Below, piece after piece: positions 12,153 to 24,652 of a stretch of 64,000 bases of DNA; the first letter of the stretch is position 1; the number at the start of each line of letters is the position of its first letter. Both the position numbers and the translations under genes were made by a program. The stretch is from Paramecium tetraurelia (lineage: Eukaryota). The notes beneath the pieces were generated by a model. The model was not told the DNA's origin, did not search any database, and was given only the letters and a program-made list of their open reading frames with translations. The stretch spans positions 1 to 64,000 of the forward strand of contig CT868661.1 in the NCBI GenBank assembly GCA_000165425.1. The letters are read 5' to 3'.

Positions 12153-14818
12153 TTATGTGTCTTCTTTACTCTTAAGGCCCATTTATATATTTTTTAATAT
12201 TAATATTCAGTGAATTTATCAATTTAAACCATTTTTAATGAATGATGAACAATACTGATTATTTACAGTCGAAAATCTTTCTCAAATTTACAACATATCA
12301 CATTTTTTTAACAAATTTTGATAAATAAATATAAGATACTTCTTGTTTTGTTTTTTTTCTAAATCAGCTATGGTTTATCATCATGCTCTTGCTTTGGTGA
12401 CTTTCAAAATTATGATTGGTATTAAATTGTAGAGTTAAAAGGAGTCTTCTATGCTATTTGATCATTATCATTTATTGGCTAATTTATTTAAACTTTCTTA
12501 AACTAATTTTTCGAATAATTTAATTCAGTAAATAATTAATAAATATTTTTTAGTTGAGCTAGATTTTATAATACACTAATTTGAGGGTGTAAAACCTTTT
12601 ATTTTCTATTGAAGTTCAAGATTTATACATTATTAAGCACCCTGAACTTAATTAACCACTATCAATATCTAAGATTAAATTATTGACTTTCTATTAAGCA
12701 TCTATAGTGGATTTGTTATACATTTTATATATAATAATGTATTGGTTGTCATCATTGAATAAAGTTCAGTAATTCTCGATAACAATTTGTAAATTAAAAT
12801 CCAAAACAGCATATTTGAATTTCATATGGGAATCTCTTCCTCGCTTAGTACAAATTGTTCAAATTCAAGCTTGTTCATCCTTGTCTCACATAAATGTATA
12901 TTGATGATAATTTTGTATTATCATCAAATTTATGGGCAGTCTAAATTTAAATTTTAAACTAGCATAAATGAACATAGTTTCTAGATTGGCATCAATTTTA
13001 TAGATGTTGGATTATTAAATGGGGGAAATTAATAAAAACCTTTAAAGGTTAGCCACAATTTTGTTATGATTTCCTGTTTTTTGAAAATTAAGGTTTTAAA
13101 AATTTTTGTCTTAAAACTAAATTATAGATTATTTTTTTGCCTCTATTCAATAAATTAATACTGTTAATAACGATTTGAAGTAATTGATCGTCCCTTCTCT
13201 TAATTTCAAATTGAAATAAGAAATCTTCTGAGGTGGATTTTATAATTCAGTGAATTCTATGTTTTTGTGATTATTTCTGAGTAGAAACTATATTTTACAT
13301 AATATCTTACGGTATTCCGAAGTTACTAATAGAGATATTTATAGCTGCGAATTTATTATAATATAAATTTTAATATATTCATTTGTGGTAACAATGAACT
13401 AATCTAATTTGAGTAAATGTGATATGAATTTAGAGTAGCTTATTTATTTCAGAAGAAAAATAATATTTTATATTGATGTTTATTGCTTAATACGATTTAC
13501 TTAATAATTTGAAATTTTATTCTTCATATAATAATATTAAAAATAAAATTCAGTTTGAAATTTCCTGAATAATAATTAAAATTAATTTTCTTATGGGAGT
13601 CTATATCAACACATAATCGAAGTAAAAGAAACTATCCTAATGGATTATATTCTAATTCATATTTAATTGATATAATTTTCAAAATGTCTGCATCAATGGA
13701 ACTACTTTAAGGAGAGTAACTTAAGCACTTTTTTGATAATCATTTGATATTACACAAGAACCATGATTTTGAATAACAAATATTTTGGAAATTTGAGTAA
13801 AGCGAAAACTATTAAATTCTAATAATGTATGTTGAAGGTCTTATATATAAGATTCATTTCAGACAATAATAGCTGCATGAAGAGGATGGAAAGTTGAAAG
13901 AGATTTCGAAGTAGTAAGAAATGAAATAAGAAGATAGCTAGCCATATTCACCAATTGAATGAATAGAGAGTAAGATAGTGAGAAATGTAATTATGAGAGA
14001 ATATCAATAGCAAAATTGGATGAATAAAGAAGACAAAAATGATTTTAAGTTTGTACAAAAAGTATGATGCTATTAAAAGGAGAAGAAAGTCTTGAGTTTC
14101 AGGAAGTATCTGATGTTAAGTGAAAAAATGAGAAAAAAGAAATTAAATCCATTTTGCACTAACATTTCTATTTATAAGATGAATTATTTATTCATCTATA
14201 AAAATTTTAATTCCATTATCAGAAATGCATTAAAAGAGAGGATAAAATTGATTTTATAGTAATTAAGTATTATAACGTCTTAGTTAGTTTCACCTTTGAT
14301 TAATCAGAAATTTGATAATTCTTAATCATCAATTAAGTATCAAAAAAATATTTATAGCAATTAACCAATCAAATAGTTTAGTGACATTTCATAATTGGAT
14401 CAGAAAAGGACCATGAAAATTTTTAATAATATATCATCCATTGCAAAAATTAATCTTAATCTAAATTTCATACTTCTCTCTTGATTAGAGTATAACAATT
14501 TGATAAGTTCCTTTTGTTTCTAATCACGAAATTTACAGCAACTCATGGCAGAAATACTGATTTAAGATTCAGAAGCTAAATCGAATAATTTCACAAATTA
14601 ATACCAATAAATTCATTTCTATTTTTCTTAATAATTATTCCACATATGCATATTTGCAGCTTTCAATCTCCAAAATATCTTTCAGTCAATTCAACTTTAA
14701 TTTCTACACCAAATTTCGTTAGGTGCTTAAATTCAATTCTTTGATTCAATCATTTGATTCTAATTAGATTATAACCAAGTAAGTATATTTAATAATAGTT
14801 CAAGAATATATATTAAAC

Positions 14819-15171
14819 TCACAAGGAAATCTGGGTGGTTGTTTAATGTACTATTTTTGAACTTACTTACTCACCAGCAATTTAGGTGATTATTCGGTAA
14901 ACTATAACCTTTGTTGTGGTGGTTCTGTAAAAGCATCTTTTTGCTAAATAGGCGCTTTATTTATTTCTGATCATGTTGTTTCGATAGTAGAAGAATATGG
15001 ATTTTGCCACTGAATACTTGATGTTTAATTGCTAAGCAGCCTAAAAATAGAATGAACACAAACTTGCTTTATTTTCTTGCCCTTTAGGCATATTAAATGA
15101 ATGAGGGTTTGTCTGAGTTCAGAAGATAGCTTGTAATATTATGTTTTGTGTCTTTTGGAATCTTATTTCAT
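14819..15171 (-). CDS. Small helix-turn-helix protein (109 aa)
   Basis: YYKLSSELRQTLIHLICLKGKKIKQ|AAQQLNIKYSVAKSIFFYY; 23-nt intron. Confidence 0.8.
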
Positions 15172-15820
15172 TTATTATATAATTTTTGAATAAATCTTCT
15201 GTGATTATATAAAAGAAATATAATTAATCCGAATAATTCAACTCACACAATTACAATGAAATAATCTTTGTACAATTTTATTGAAACTTCTTGATTCATT
15301 AACAGAAAATTATAACGAATTTGTATGAATTTTCTAAGTTGCTAATTTATATGTTATAGGTGTGTGGTTATGGAAATATCCTAATAATTTGAAATTACGG
15401 TAATTTCCTAATGCTTGCTATTATAGATTTTAGTCTGCAGAGTAAATCTTAAATTTGTCTAACTCAAGTTCGTTGGTAAAGAATAGGAAAGTAAAGAGAA
15501 AAGGTTCTTGAACTTTATTGTAACAAATTTATTAAAATTATCTTTTTGCTCCATCTAAGTTAACGCAGGAGAGATTTATTTTTCGATCCCTAGTTAGATG
15601 AGAGATTTATTAAAATGCTTAATGCTCCTAAATAACTCCCCCAGAGTTAATGAAAAATTGATTACGATTCATCTCCGTAAGCAGGGGAGTATGGAGATTG
15701 ATCTATAAAACATATTATGAATAATAAAAATAATATTATGTTGTTTGTAAAATGAATTATAAATTTATGATACATTATAATTATTAACAATGACTGATTA
15801 TTATTTAAATTATTACATTA

Positions 15821-16209
15821 ATGACAACTGATCGATATTAATTACTAATTTTTGATGAGGAACTCATGCAGTTTAAAATTTTTATTATATCTATAGGAAC
15901 CCTATTCACGACGAGTCCTCTCTTGAACATCTCATGACTATGTGTATTCAACAATCCACTCATAATCAAAACAAAAACCCATCTTATTCGAAGTAGACAT
16001 TCACCAAAGATGAAGACAGAGAGATCCTCAAACATGTATTTCAACATGGACCAAATTTTAATAAGATTGTCAAATATTTCCCAGGTAAAACGATGAATAT
16101 GATAAAAAATCGTTATTATAAGAAACTTCGTTATTTAAAATAGGAATTGGATGTGGATAATCCTTGGGTGTCCATTTGCAACAATTCTAAGATTACAAAA
16201 AATCATTGA
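15821..16209 (+). CDS. Single-repeat Myb/SANT DNA-binding protein
   Basis: KQTFTKDEDREILKHVFQHGPNFNKIVKYFPGKTMNMIKNRYYKKLR; one 5' intron. Confidence 0.85.
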
Positions 16210-16279
16210 ATTTTTTACTTTTTATATTAATAATTAAAGTATATTCATATTTATATTTAATTTGTTGTAAATTTTAACT

Positions 16280-17729
16280 ATGCCTAGAAACACAATTAAA
16301 AAGACTGTCAAAAAGATTAAAAAGCCCAAAACCATGAACTCTAAGTAGAACAACAAATAAAAAATCGATGACGATGAATCAATCGATTCAGAATACTTGG
16401 ATGAATTGGAAAATCAAAAACCATAAAATATTTCAGATAAAAGTGATAGTGAAATTGATGAAACAGAAGATAATAGAAGGTTGAGATTGGCTAAATAAAT
16501 TTTATAACAAACCAAATAAGAACTGTAATCCAAAAAAAATGATGACTTTTTTCAAGATCATCATGACATTCACATGAATGATGAAGACAAGAGATTAAAT
16601 GTAGCCTTACTCGAGAAAGTATCTTATTCGCCCTATCATAGTTCGCTGAAAAACACACCATCTATCAATCATAAATCCAAAAATTTGATCGACAATTCAA
16701 TCGAGAAACCTATAAAGGTCATCTGAGAGCAATCACTTGCACTTAGGTGGATGAATTCGCCAAGCATATGTACTCTTGTTCCAAAGATTCGAGCATAATC
16801 AAATGTAAATACAATTATTTGAGTTTTCAGGGGACTTGGAAACCAAGAAGAAGGAGTTCATTTAGAGAGAAGTTGGCAAACATGGAGATGGCCACTATGA
16901 TGAAGTTCTCACTATCTCCTTGAACTTTGATGGCAAGATATTAGCTAGTGCTGGCAAAGATCATTCTATTAAATTATGGGACACAACGTCTAACAAATTG
17001 ATCGAAACTCTTAAACATCACAAAGCCCCAATTTATGGTGTTAAATTTGGATATAACTCTAATAACCTATGTAGCATCTCTTGCGATAGAACTTTCATCT
17101 AATGGGATGCGGCATAAAGAGCTTATATTGATACATTGTAATATTTACAAGTAATTTATAAGTTTTGGACATAGTACAGAAGCAAATGACATCGATTGCT
17201 TTAATGCTGACGATTTCTTGAGTTGTGGTTATGATAGATAAATGATTCAATGGAAAACTAAATCAGGAGGACAACTTCTTTACAGTGGACATCAATAATC
17301 CATTGATTGCATCAGAGCTATAACTCTAGACACCTTTGCTACTGGTTCTGTTGATTCTAATATCAACCTATGGAATGTGAAAAAACGAAAACCCTTATTT
17401 GAATTAAATAAACCTCATGGAGATAGATGGATAACTTCTTTGGTATTATTTTATACTTAAAAATATAGGGAACTATATACAACAGTGACCTTTTGATTTC
17501 AGGATCCTATGACGACAATCTAAACATATACAAAGTCACAAATAAGGATATTATTAAAGTGAGATCGCTTTAAAGTGTATGATACTCAATGTAATATATT
17601 TAGTTTGGAATAATCAATCATATTAATGTATTTGGAGATAAAATTCTAACGGTTGAGAGTCAAGAACATCGTTTGGGTAGGTGGATTACTTCAACAAAAA
17701 GCAAAAATATAATTGTCTTGTATTTATGA
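16280..17729 (+). CDS. RRP9: U3 snoRNP-associated WD40 protein (RRP9/U3-55K)
   Basis: ETEDNRRLRLAK N-terminal motif, WD40 repeats, C-terminal QEHRLGRW signature; several tiny introns. Confidence 0.9.
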
Positions 17730-19011
17730 TTTGTTTTCTTATATATAAGTTTTAAAAAGATTTAATACACTATAGAAGAGTCATCATTTTACATTTTATT
17801 TTATTTCATAATAATTAGCAATTATTACTAGATTTTTTGAAATATATCGGTCAAATCGATTGCATAAGCGACAGCTTTTGGGAAAAACCTCATCTTAATA
17901 AAATGCTTTCAATTCTGAATGTTTGTATCTATAATTGAAATTTCATATTACACTGATGTGATAATTTCTTTCCAAAAAATAAACGATATTTATTATTTTC
18001 ACAAATGGAATCCTGTTCAATAATTTGAATTAAATCAAGCCTTATTAATAGGATTTCAAAAAACAGTCTTTTGAACCACCTAATTTAGAAATATATGAAT
18101 GAATCTATAATGTGAGGAAATATATTTCTTATTTTAAGTTCCACTTCTTAATTAAATCCACTTTATGATTGGAAATGTAATTCATCTTCTTAATTGTGTT
18201 AAACTTATTAGGTAATATATAATATTCTCAAAATTTCGGATATATATATAGTTTAGTATTCATACTTAATAATTGATTAAATTCCAAAACTTCAGCACCA
18301 TTCAATTTGAAATTTTTAAATTATCAGCGTAATAATCGATCAACAATAACTAGAAAAATTCAATTATTTATTACATTCTCAATGATTTAATTCTAAGAAT
18401 ATTCATTTATTATTAAAAAATTAAAGAATTTTATTTTTCTTCCATTACCTGTCAAATTAATTCCAAACTATAGATTAATTGACTATTGCCATTTGAAAAA
18501 TTGAGTAGTCTTCTCAAAGAAGGAAGATTGGGGAGGTCACTTTTTTTTATTTTCAAAAAGTCAATAAATTTAGTTTGATTCAGAGGACATCAAATTTACT
18601 TTCATCAAGTCATACTTGCTTGTAAAGACGATGCCATCCTGAATAACATTATTTCCTATTTTTAGAATTTACTCCTTGATTGAATAAGTAGTTTAAGATT
18701 TAAGTTAATAATTAAGCAAAGGAGAATGTCAAGGTAGACATTCCTAAAAGTAATCTGTATAATTTTAGCATATTTTCATCAAATTTTTAGTGGGGGACAT
18801 ACCTGAGAGTAAATGTTAGAATTTAGATAGGAGGAAACACACATTAATAAAAACCCTAATAAAGAATTAGAAGAGTCATATTATAATTTTTATTAATTAA
18901 AATAAAATATCTTTAATATTTAAAAGCCTTATACAAATTTTTTTACTTGTAATATATTTATAGCCAGATCTAATCTTTTTGATTTTATTAATTAAATAAC
19001 AACAAAAAATA

Positions 19012-19364
19012 ATGAAAGTAGAACCATCCAATGATAAGGTCCGTTCCTATTGCAGAGTGCCAAGGTTGTAATAACAATAACTCGTAAATCTTGTTTATAA
19101 AGAGGAATGGAAAATCAATTAGGTTGTTATTATGAATTAAGTCTTTTTTAGGCTGCTAAATTATTGAACATTAAGTATGCCACGGCTAAAAATATTGTGC
19201 AGAGATTCAAGAAAACTCACATTTTTGGAAAAAAAGCCAAACTCCCTGAATCCAAGAGGTGCCAATACAAACTGATCGACAGACCTGAAGTCTAATCATA
19301 TGCAGTAAATACCAAAAGTGGATTAGTATTCGATAGTCTTGTCGAATATTCCCAAAAGGCTTGA
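19012..19364 (+). CDS. Small helix-turn-helix protein (107 aa), same family as 14819-15171
   Basis: SYCRVPRLQQQQLVNLVYKEEWKINQ|AAKLLNIKYATAKNIVQRF; 29-nt intron 19123-19151. Confidence 0.8.
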
Positions 19365-19842
19365 TTGTTATTTTTTTTTATAAATTTCAATCTCCATATA
19401 TCAAGAGAAACTTTATTGTTCTATATTTGAATTACTTAACAAATTAAGGTGGAATGTATTGAAAATGAACAAATGGATAAGATTATTAGAATAAAAAAGA
19501 AAAACAAAATTAAACCTTATTACTGTTTATTTTCAAATTATTCGACTTTTAGTTGGATCTCAATTATAACTAACCATAATTCTCTCTAATCTAATGTGGT
19601 TATGAGAGAAGAAATTAAAATTAGTATCCCAAAAAGGAATTCCATAACTAATGTAAATTTCATTCTTATTTTTTCATTAATTCTGTACCTATTCAATCAA
19701 CCGTTTACACAGCCTTCCTAAATATGAAAATTTAATTAATCCCCTAGATGTATATTACATGACACACCTAATACACGCAACTATCACTTAGTATTGGCGA
19801 AAAAGATGGTTAAACTAATCATATTTTATATAATATATATAA

Positions 19843-20140
19843 TCATGAAAATGGCATTTGATAGTTTGCGTTATAAGGTGTATTTGGATTATTAGGAGGT
19901 ACTTGTTACTATTATTAAAAAGGCATTTGACTAAAGGGACCTTATGACTATGGTTATCCAAATGGACCGGAATTTAAGGGATTTTATTACTGCCCAAAAG
20001 GTACTTACGATTAACCAAAAGGTCCTTATGATTATTATTATGGCTAACCAAAGGGTTATTATTATTATTATGATTAACCAAAAGGTCCCTATTATGGTTA
20101 ACCAAAGGGTCCCGATGATCCAAATGGTCCTGCTTATGTA
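19843..20140 (-). repeat. Coding degenerate repeat (G)PFG with Gln-rich spacers in the AHI1 tail
   Basis: Seven PFG units plus GPFS/MPFQ/MPFS; DNA unit approx. GGACCTTTTGGTTAA on the minus strand. Confidence 0.9.
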
Positions 20141-22800
20141 TTAGTTTTTGATTAATTGCCAGGCTACTATTAGTTGAATACGGATTAGGGTAAAAAAGGG
20201 ATTTAGGAGGACTAAGCCAACTAGGGTTAAAAGAGACCTTATGCTTAAATGGATTGTTGAAAGCGACCGAGAGTTTGTTTTGCTTAAATATTAAATACAA
20301 TATCATCTTATTCTCTATGTTTGATTTTAATTTCATCCTGTAACTTTTTGGCTTCAATAAAATTGAGATCTCCCTCTCTTTCCCAAACGTAGATGAGGAT
20401 AGGATGTTCATCTCCAAAGCCAGCCACGGCAATCATGTGATATCCTATATTCCAAGCAACATCAGCAACAGGGCCAATGACATTAAATTAGAATAAATCA
20501 GTGGGTAAGGTTTGGGTTAGATTACTCCAGAGATGAGGTTTGCCATCTTCACTGCCTGATAACACATAATCTCCCTTTGGACTAGGAACACTTCTACAAG
20601 CAATTTTGACAGATTGAGATCCAAAGAATCGATTATTGACTGATCCATGTATAATTTCATGATCGTGGAACTTACCATCTCCAGACTTAAAATCGACAAT
20701 TCTAAGACAGTTATCTCTAGTGTGAATCAAGAGATCTTGTTATTCTGGAGGCATTAATTGAATTTAGTTGATTGCATTTCCACTGATTTCTTAAATCACT
20801 ATCAAACCTAATCTCCTGGCAATATAACTACCTCCAGAGAGATTGATATCAAAAAAGTGGACATTTCCCAATGAATCTCCAACATACAAACATTTGACAC
20901 CATCATATACTATGCAATTGGGATGTCTGTGATTACCAAGATTATCAAATTGATCAAAGGAGATGCCATCATAGGAGATGATTTCCTATTGAATTGGTTC
21001 ATCACTTATCTGTAATGATTGATTAGACTCAAATTGCCATATGCGCATTCTGCTATCGAAACAACAAGTGGCCACAACTGGCAATTTGCTATCCATCAGA
21101 AAGAGACCTGCATAAACAAAAGATGGATGTTGGAGTTGACAGATTAACATTAAATCTGAATCTTCTTCACTCACAATGTCCCCTGAATGTTGAGGTACAC
21201 TCCAAACTTTGGCTGTGTAATCACTTGATACTGTAATTAAATATTGAGAATTCTGAGAGAATTGTAAATCATGGATGATATTTCTATGTCCTTTATAAGT
21301 TGTGAAATGTTGACCAGTTTCGACATCAAATAATTTTATTATGGTTTTTGAATTTTTGTAAGTACATGCACATGCCAGATAATTACCATATTTATTAAAG
21401 GCTAATCTATAACATCCCATGGGAGCACTGGCGAATTTGTAGGCTATCTTATCTGGAATGTGATCTTCCTTGTCTCCGAGATAACGACGTCTCCTTAGAT
21501 TAATTTTCTCCTAGTCTGTGATTTCTTCCACTCTCTATTCGATCACTTTGTCTATGACAACAGAATGTTTCACTTTCTCTCTTGCTTCCTCATCTCCTTT
21601 TTCTATCTCGAACACATTGGTACTACGGTTCTTGCCGTAAATCTCAAGGAATTGTGGCTTGGCTTCTGTTCCCAAATACACATTCAAAACTGCATCATAT
21701 TCAACTTTGTCAAGCCAGAGAAAATCGAAATACACCAAAGGAATTGATTCTCTCCTGCTTACTGATTTCAATTTACTCGTGTCAAACAAATACTTGTATA
21801 ATTGTATCTTGCTTAATCCCAAATGCAATCTACATAACCCATTCGGTCTTGTATAACCCCAAGCTATCCTATAGAAGTTATCCGAATCCAAAAACTCACT
21901 ATTATGTTATTATAAATAAATAGGATGAAAATCGAGGAGTTCAAACAAAATTATTGTATCTGATTTATAGAATTCATCTGCTGGTATATTAATCAATATT
22001 TCCTCATTCCAATCTGCCCTGCTATTGGTCGCCATACGCATATCACAGAAATTTGTCGAAAAAGCAGTAAGTAACTCCAATTCACAAGTAACTCTCTCCC
22101 TCTCCCCATCCACTATATTAGTAATGCAATTGCTCTCATAATTGTACACTGCATTTGTGAACTCTCTTGCTTAATTGTCCTCATTTTTTGGCTTATACAA
22201 ATAGCACCCATTCTTAATGTTGATCACATGCATCCGAATAAAAGGATGCTGAATATTCGTATCCATCTACAATTGCGATGTCCCAATTATTCTCACTACC
22301 ACAGTCTACAATCTCATTCGAATACAATACTCTGTCCGGTGTAATTTGAGCTTTGTCCTTCTCACTCAATGAGAATGGGTTCACAATTTAATCGTACTCC
22401 AACTTATTCAACCGATCCACAAACGTGAGTCTTGGCGGATCACAATGAATCAATCGACTTAATCGGGCTCCTATTCGATCTCCCAAAGAGTAACAATTAT
22501 AAATTATATCATCGTTCATGAAGTTGGTATATGTCATACCACTATCATGATTCGGCGCAGGTTACAATCTCTTAGATCCTCAATACTCACACAATTACTT
22601 CATCCTCGTTCTCCTATTGATCCTCGTTCTGCTCAAAATTTGAATTCGCAAAATCCACCTTCTTCTCTGCCGGCTATGATAATTGCTACTATCCTCCAAA
22701 TGGCATTTCCCCTTCCCCTCCTCTCTTTTGTTACAAAGCTGAAACATAATAATTACTAATATCTACGTGGCAATTATCTTGGAATACTTGAACGCGACAT
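19843..22800 (-). CDS. AHI1: Jouberin/AHI1-like ciliary transition-zone protein (C2-like domain, WD40, low-complexity tail)
   Basis: HPFIRMHVINIKNGCYL...RADWNEEILIN...IILFELLDF...YRIAWGY...RRYLGDKEDHIPDK...GCYRLAFNKYGNYLACAC followed by WD40 repeats; this is the AHI1 motif order. Confidence 0.85.
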
Positions 22801-23557
22801 ATTTGTAAATAATAATTTTATTTTATTTATTACTCTCAAAAACAAGATGTCACTCCAACTATCTCCATTAAACTGAATTTGCTTTGGTTAATGAAGTATA
22901 TCTATATAATTGGTTTAAAGACACTATTAGTGTTGAATAATAACATTTTATTTATGCAAAAACTATATTGTAAATTAAAGATATAAGAATTAAATCAATA
23001 TTCTAATTAATTACAGTGGTTTTTTTAATTTTAGAACCAACTTCCTTTGTCATTTTTGAGTTATTCTATTATGAATTAATTCAATATTTTGAAATACCTT
23101 CAACATTTTTGTATTAAACTTGTTTAAGTGCTCTAATTAAAGCACAAATGATGGAAAGGTCCTCTATTGAATTCTAACAGAGTAATAAGATCAATTAAAC
23201 CATTTATATAATTAATTAATATATTTTTGGAGATAGTCAAATCTATATCAAAATACTTATTTTTATATTAAAAGAGTATTCTACCAATCAGTTAAATTAA
23301 CAATTTTGTTTATTCTAAAATAAATGAACATAATTAACCTATTGTGATGGAACTCTCTATCCCATTAATTATTTATACATTTATAGTGAGAAAGTATAAT
23401 TTAGATGATTTATAAAAATTTATTAAAATTAGAATTAATAAGAATATATAAATATAAAAATAAGAAGTATAAGGTATTCACATAGATAACTGTCTATATT
23501 GTGTTTAGAATTCCTTTTTAATTGATTAAAATATTTATTCTGATTATTTTTGATAAA

Positions 23558-24603
23558 ATGGGAAATCAAATGGCAAGAAATTAAGACAATGTTCCTTTGG
23601 CTCCATATAATGTGTCTGAAAATTACTAACCTTAGATGGGAGCTTATGGTAATAACTAATATTCAATCAATTCTAATTACTCAGCTGCAAATGACATGGC
23701 AAATCCTCAATATGTATAACATTAAAATGTTTAACTTCATAATCAATAACAATCTACACCTAATTAACCTAATATGTCTCCTATTCCACCAATACCAACA
23801 CAACCCATTTAATTAGGAATTCCAGTTATCTAGTCACTTGAAATTGGTTAAATACCCTAATAAGCAATAACAAATGATCTTAAAGATTAACCATTCCATA
23901 TCAAAAAAAAAGAAATCATTAAAGCACTTACAATATATCTCATAATGCAATTAATTTAAAATGGATTATCGTTGTTTATATGTATATACTTAGCGCAAAT
24001 CAGGATGGATGGAAGATTTTCTTCAATAATTTGCCTCATTAGTTCTCTGTGCAGCCTTGTAGTTGTTATCTCAGGAAAATATTAGAAATTTCAAGAAGTA
24101 TTTTGAGTATTTTATAGATAGAATCCAAGGGCCATAATTAACAGCATCCTAATTATACTGTTCTATAGTTCAACAATCATTTCCTATTTCTACTTCGAAA
24201 GTAAATAAGCTACTAGCGATTCCTACTTGATGGGGATAGTATACGTGGTTTTAGTTCTGTAGTCTGCAACAAATTGTATAGTAATTACAATAACTATTTT
24301 ATATTTTGTTATAGAATAGAAACAGGTTAGATTTGAAAGTAAACTTTGGTTAAATATTTTAGTTTATTTCTTAATGCTTTGCTTCGGAGGATTCATAGCG
24401 ATTATGATAGAAATTTGGCTATTATTTTTTGTTTGTACTGCTTTCATATTTGGTACCTTACTAATGGTAGTACTTCAATAATTGATGAGTGGAAGAGTAA
24501 ATATTAATATTAATTTACATAGTTCCAATTAAAAAAGAATTAATCCTTTGGATTGTGCAATGCAATTTATTTAGGAATTTTGGTTCCATGTAATATTTTT
24601 TGA
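23558..24603 (+). CDS. Divergent TMBIM/Bax-inhibitor-1 (Lifeguard-like) multi-pass membrane protein
   Basis: Pro/Gln/Tyr-rich N-terminus followed by several TM helices. The C-terminus FIFGTLLMVVLQQLMSGR|FQLKKNQSFGLCNAIYLGIL aligns by eye with the TMBIM TM6-TM7 pattern. Confidence 0.6.
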
Positions 24604-24652
24604 TAGTTATTAAATAATTATAATATTATAAATAAATAAAAATGATTCTGTT

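Noticed and set aside
14819..19364. HTH genes as an active Tc1/mariner element
   Set aside because: No DDE domain, terminal inverted repeats or target duplication seen; both genes have ordinary introns.
19930..20140. Repeat-spacer look suggestive of a CRISPR array
   Set aside because: Units are short, degenerate and in frame within AHI1; eukaryotic context with no cas genes.
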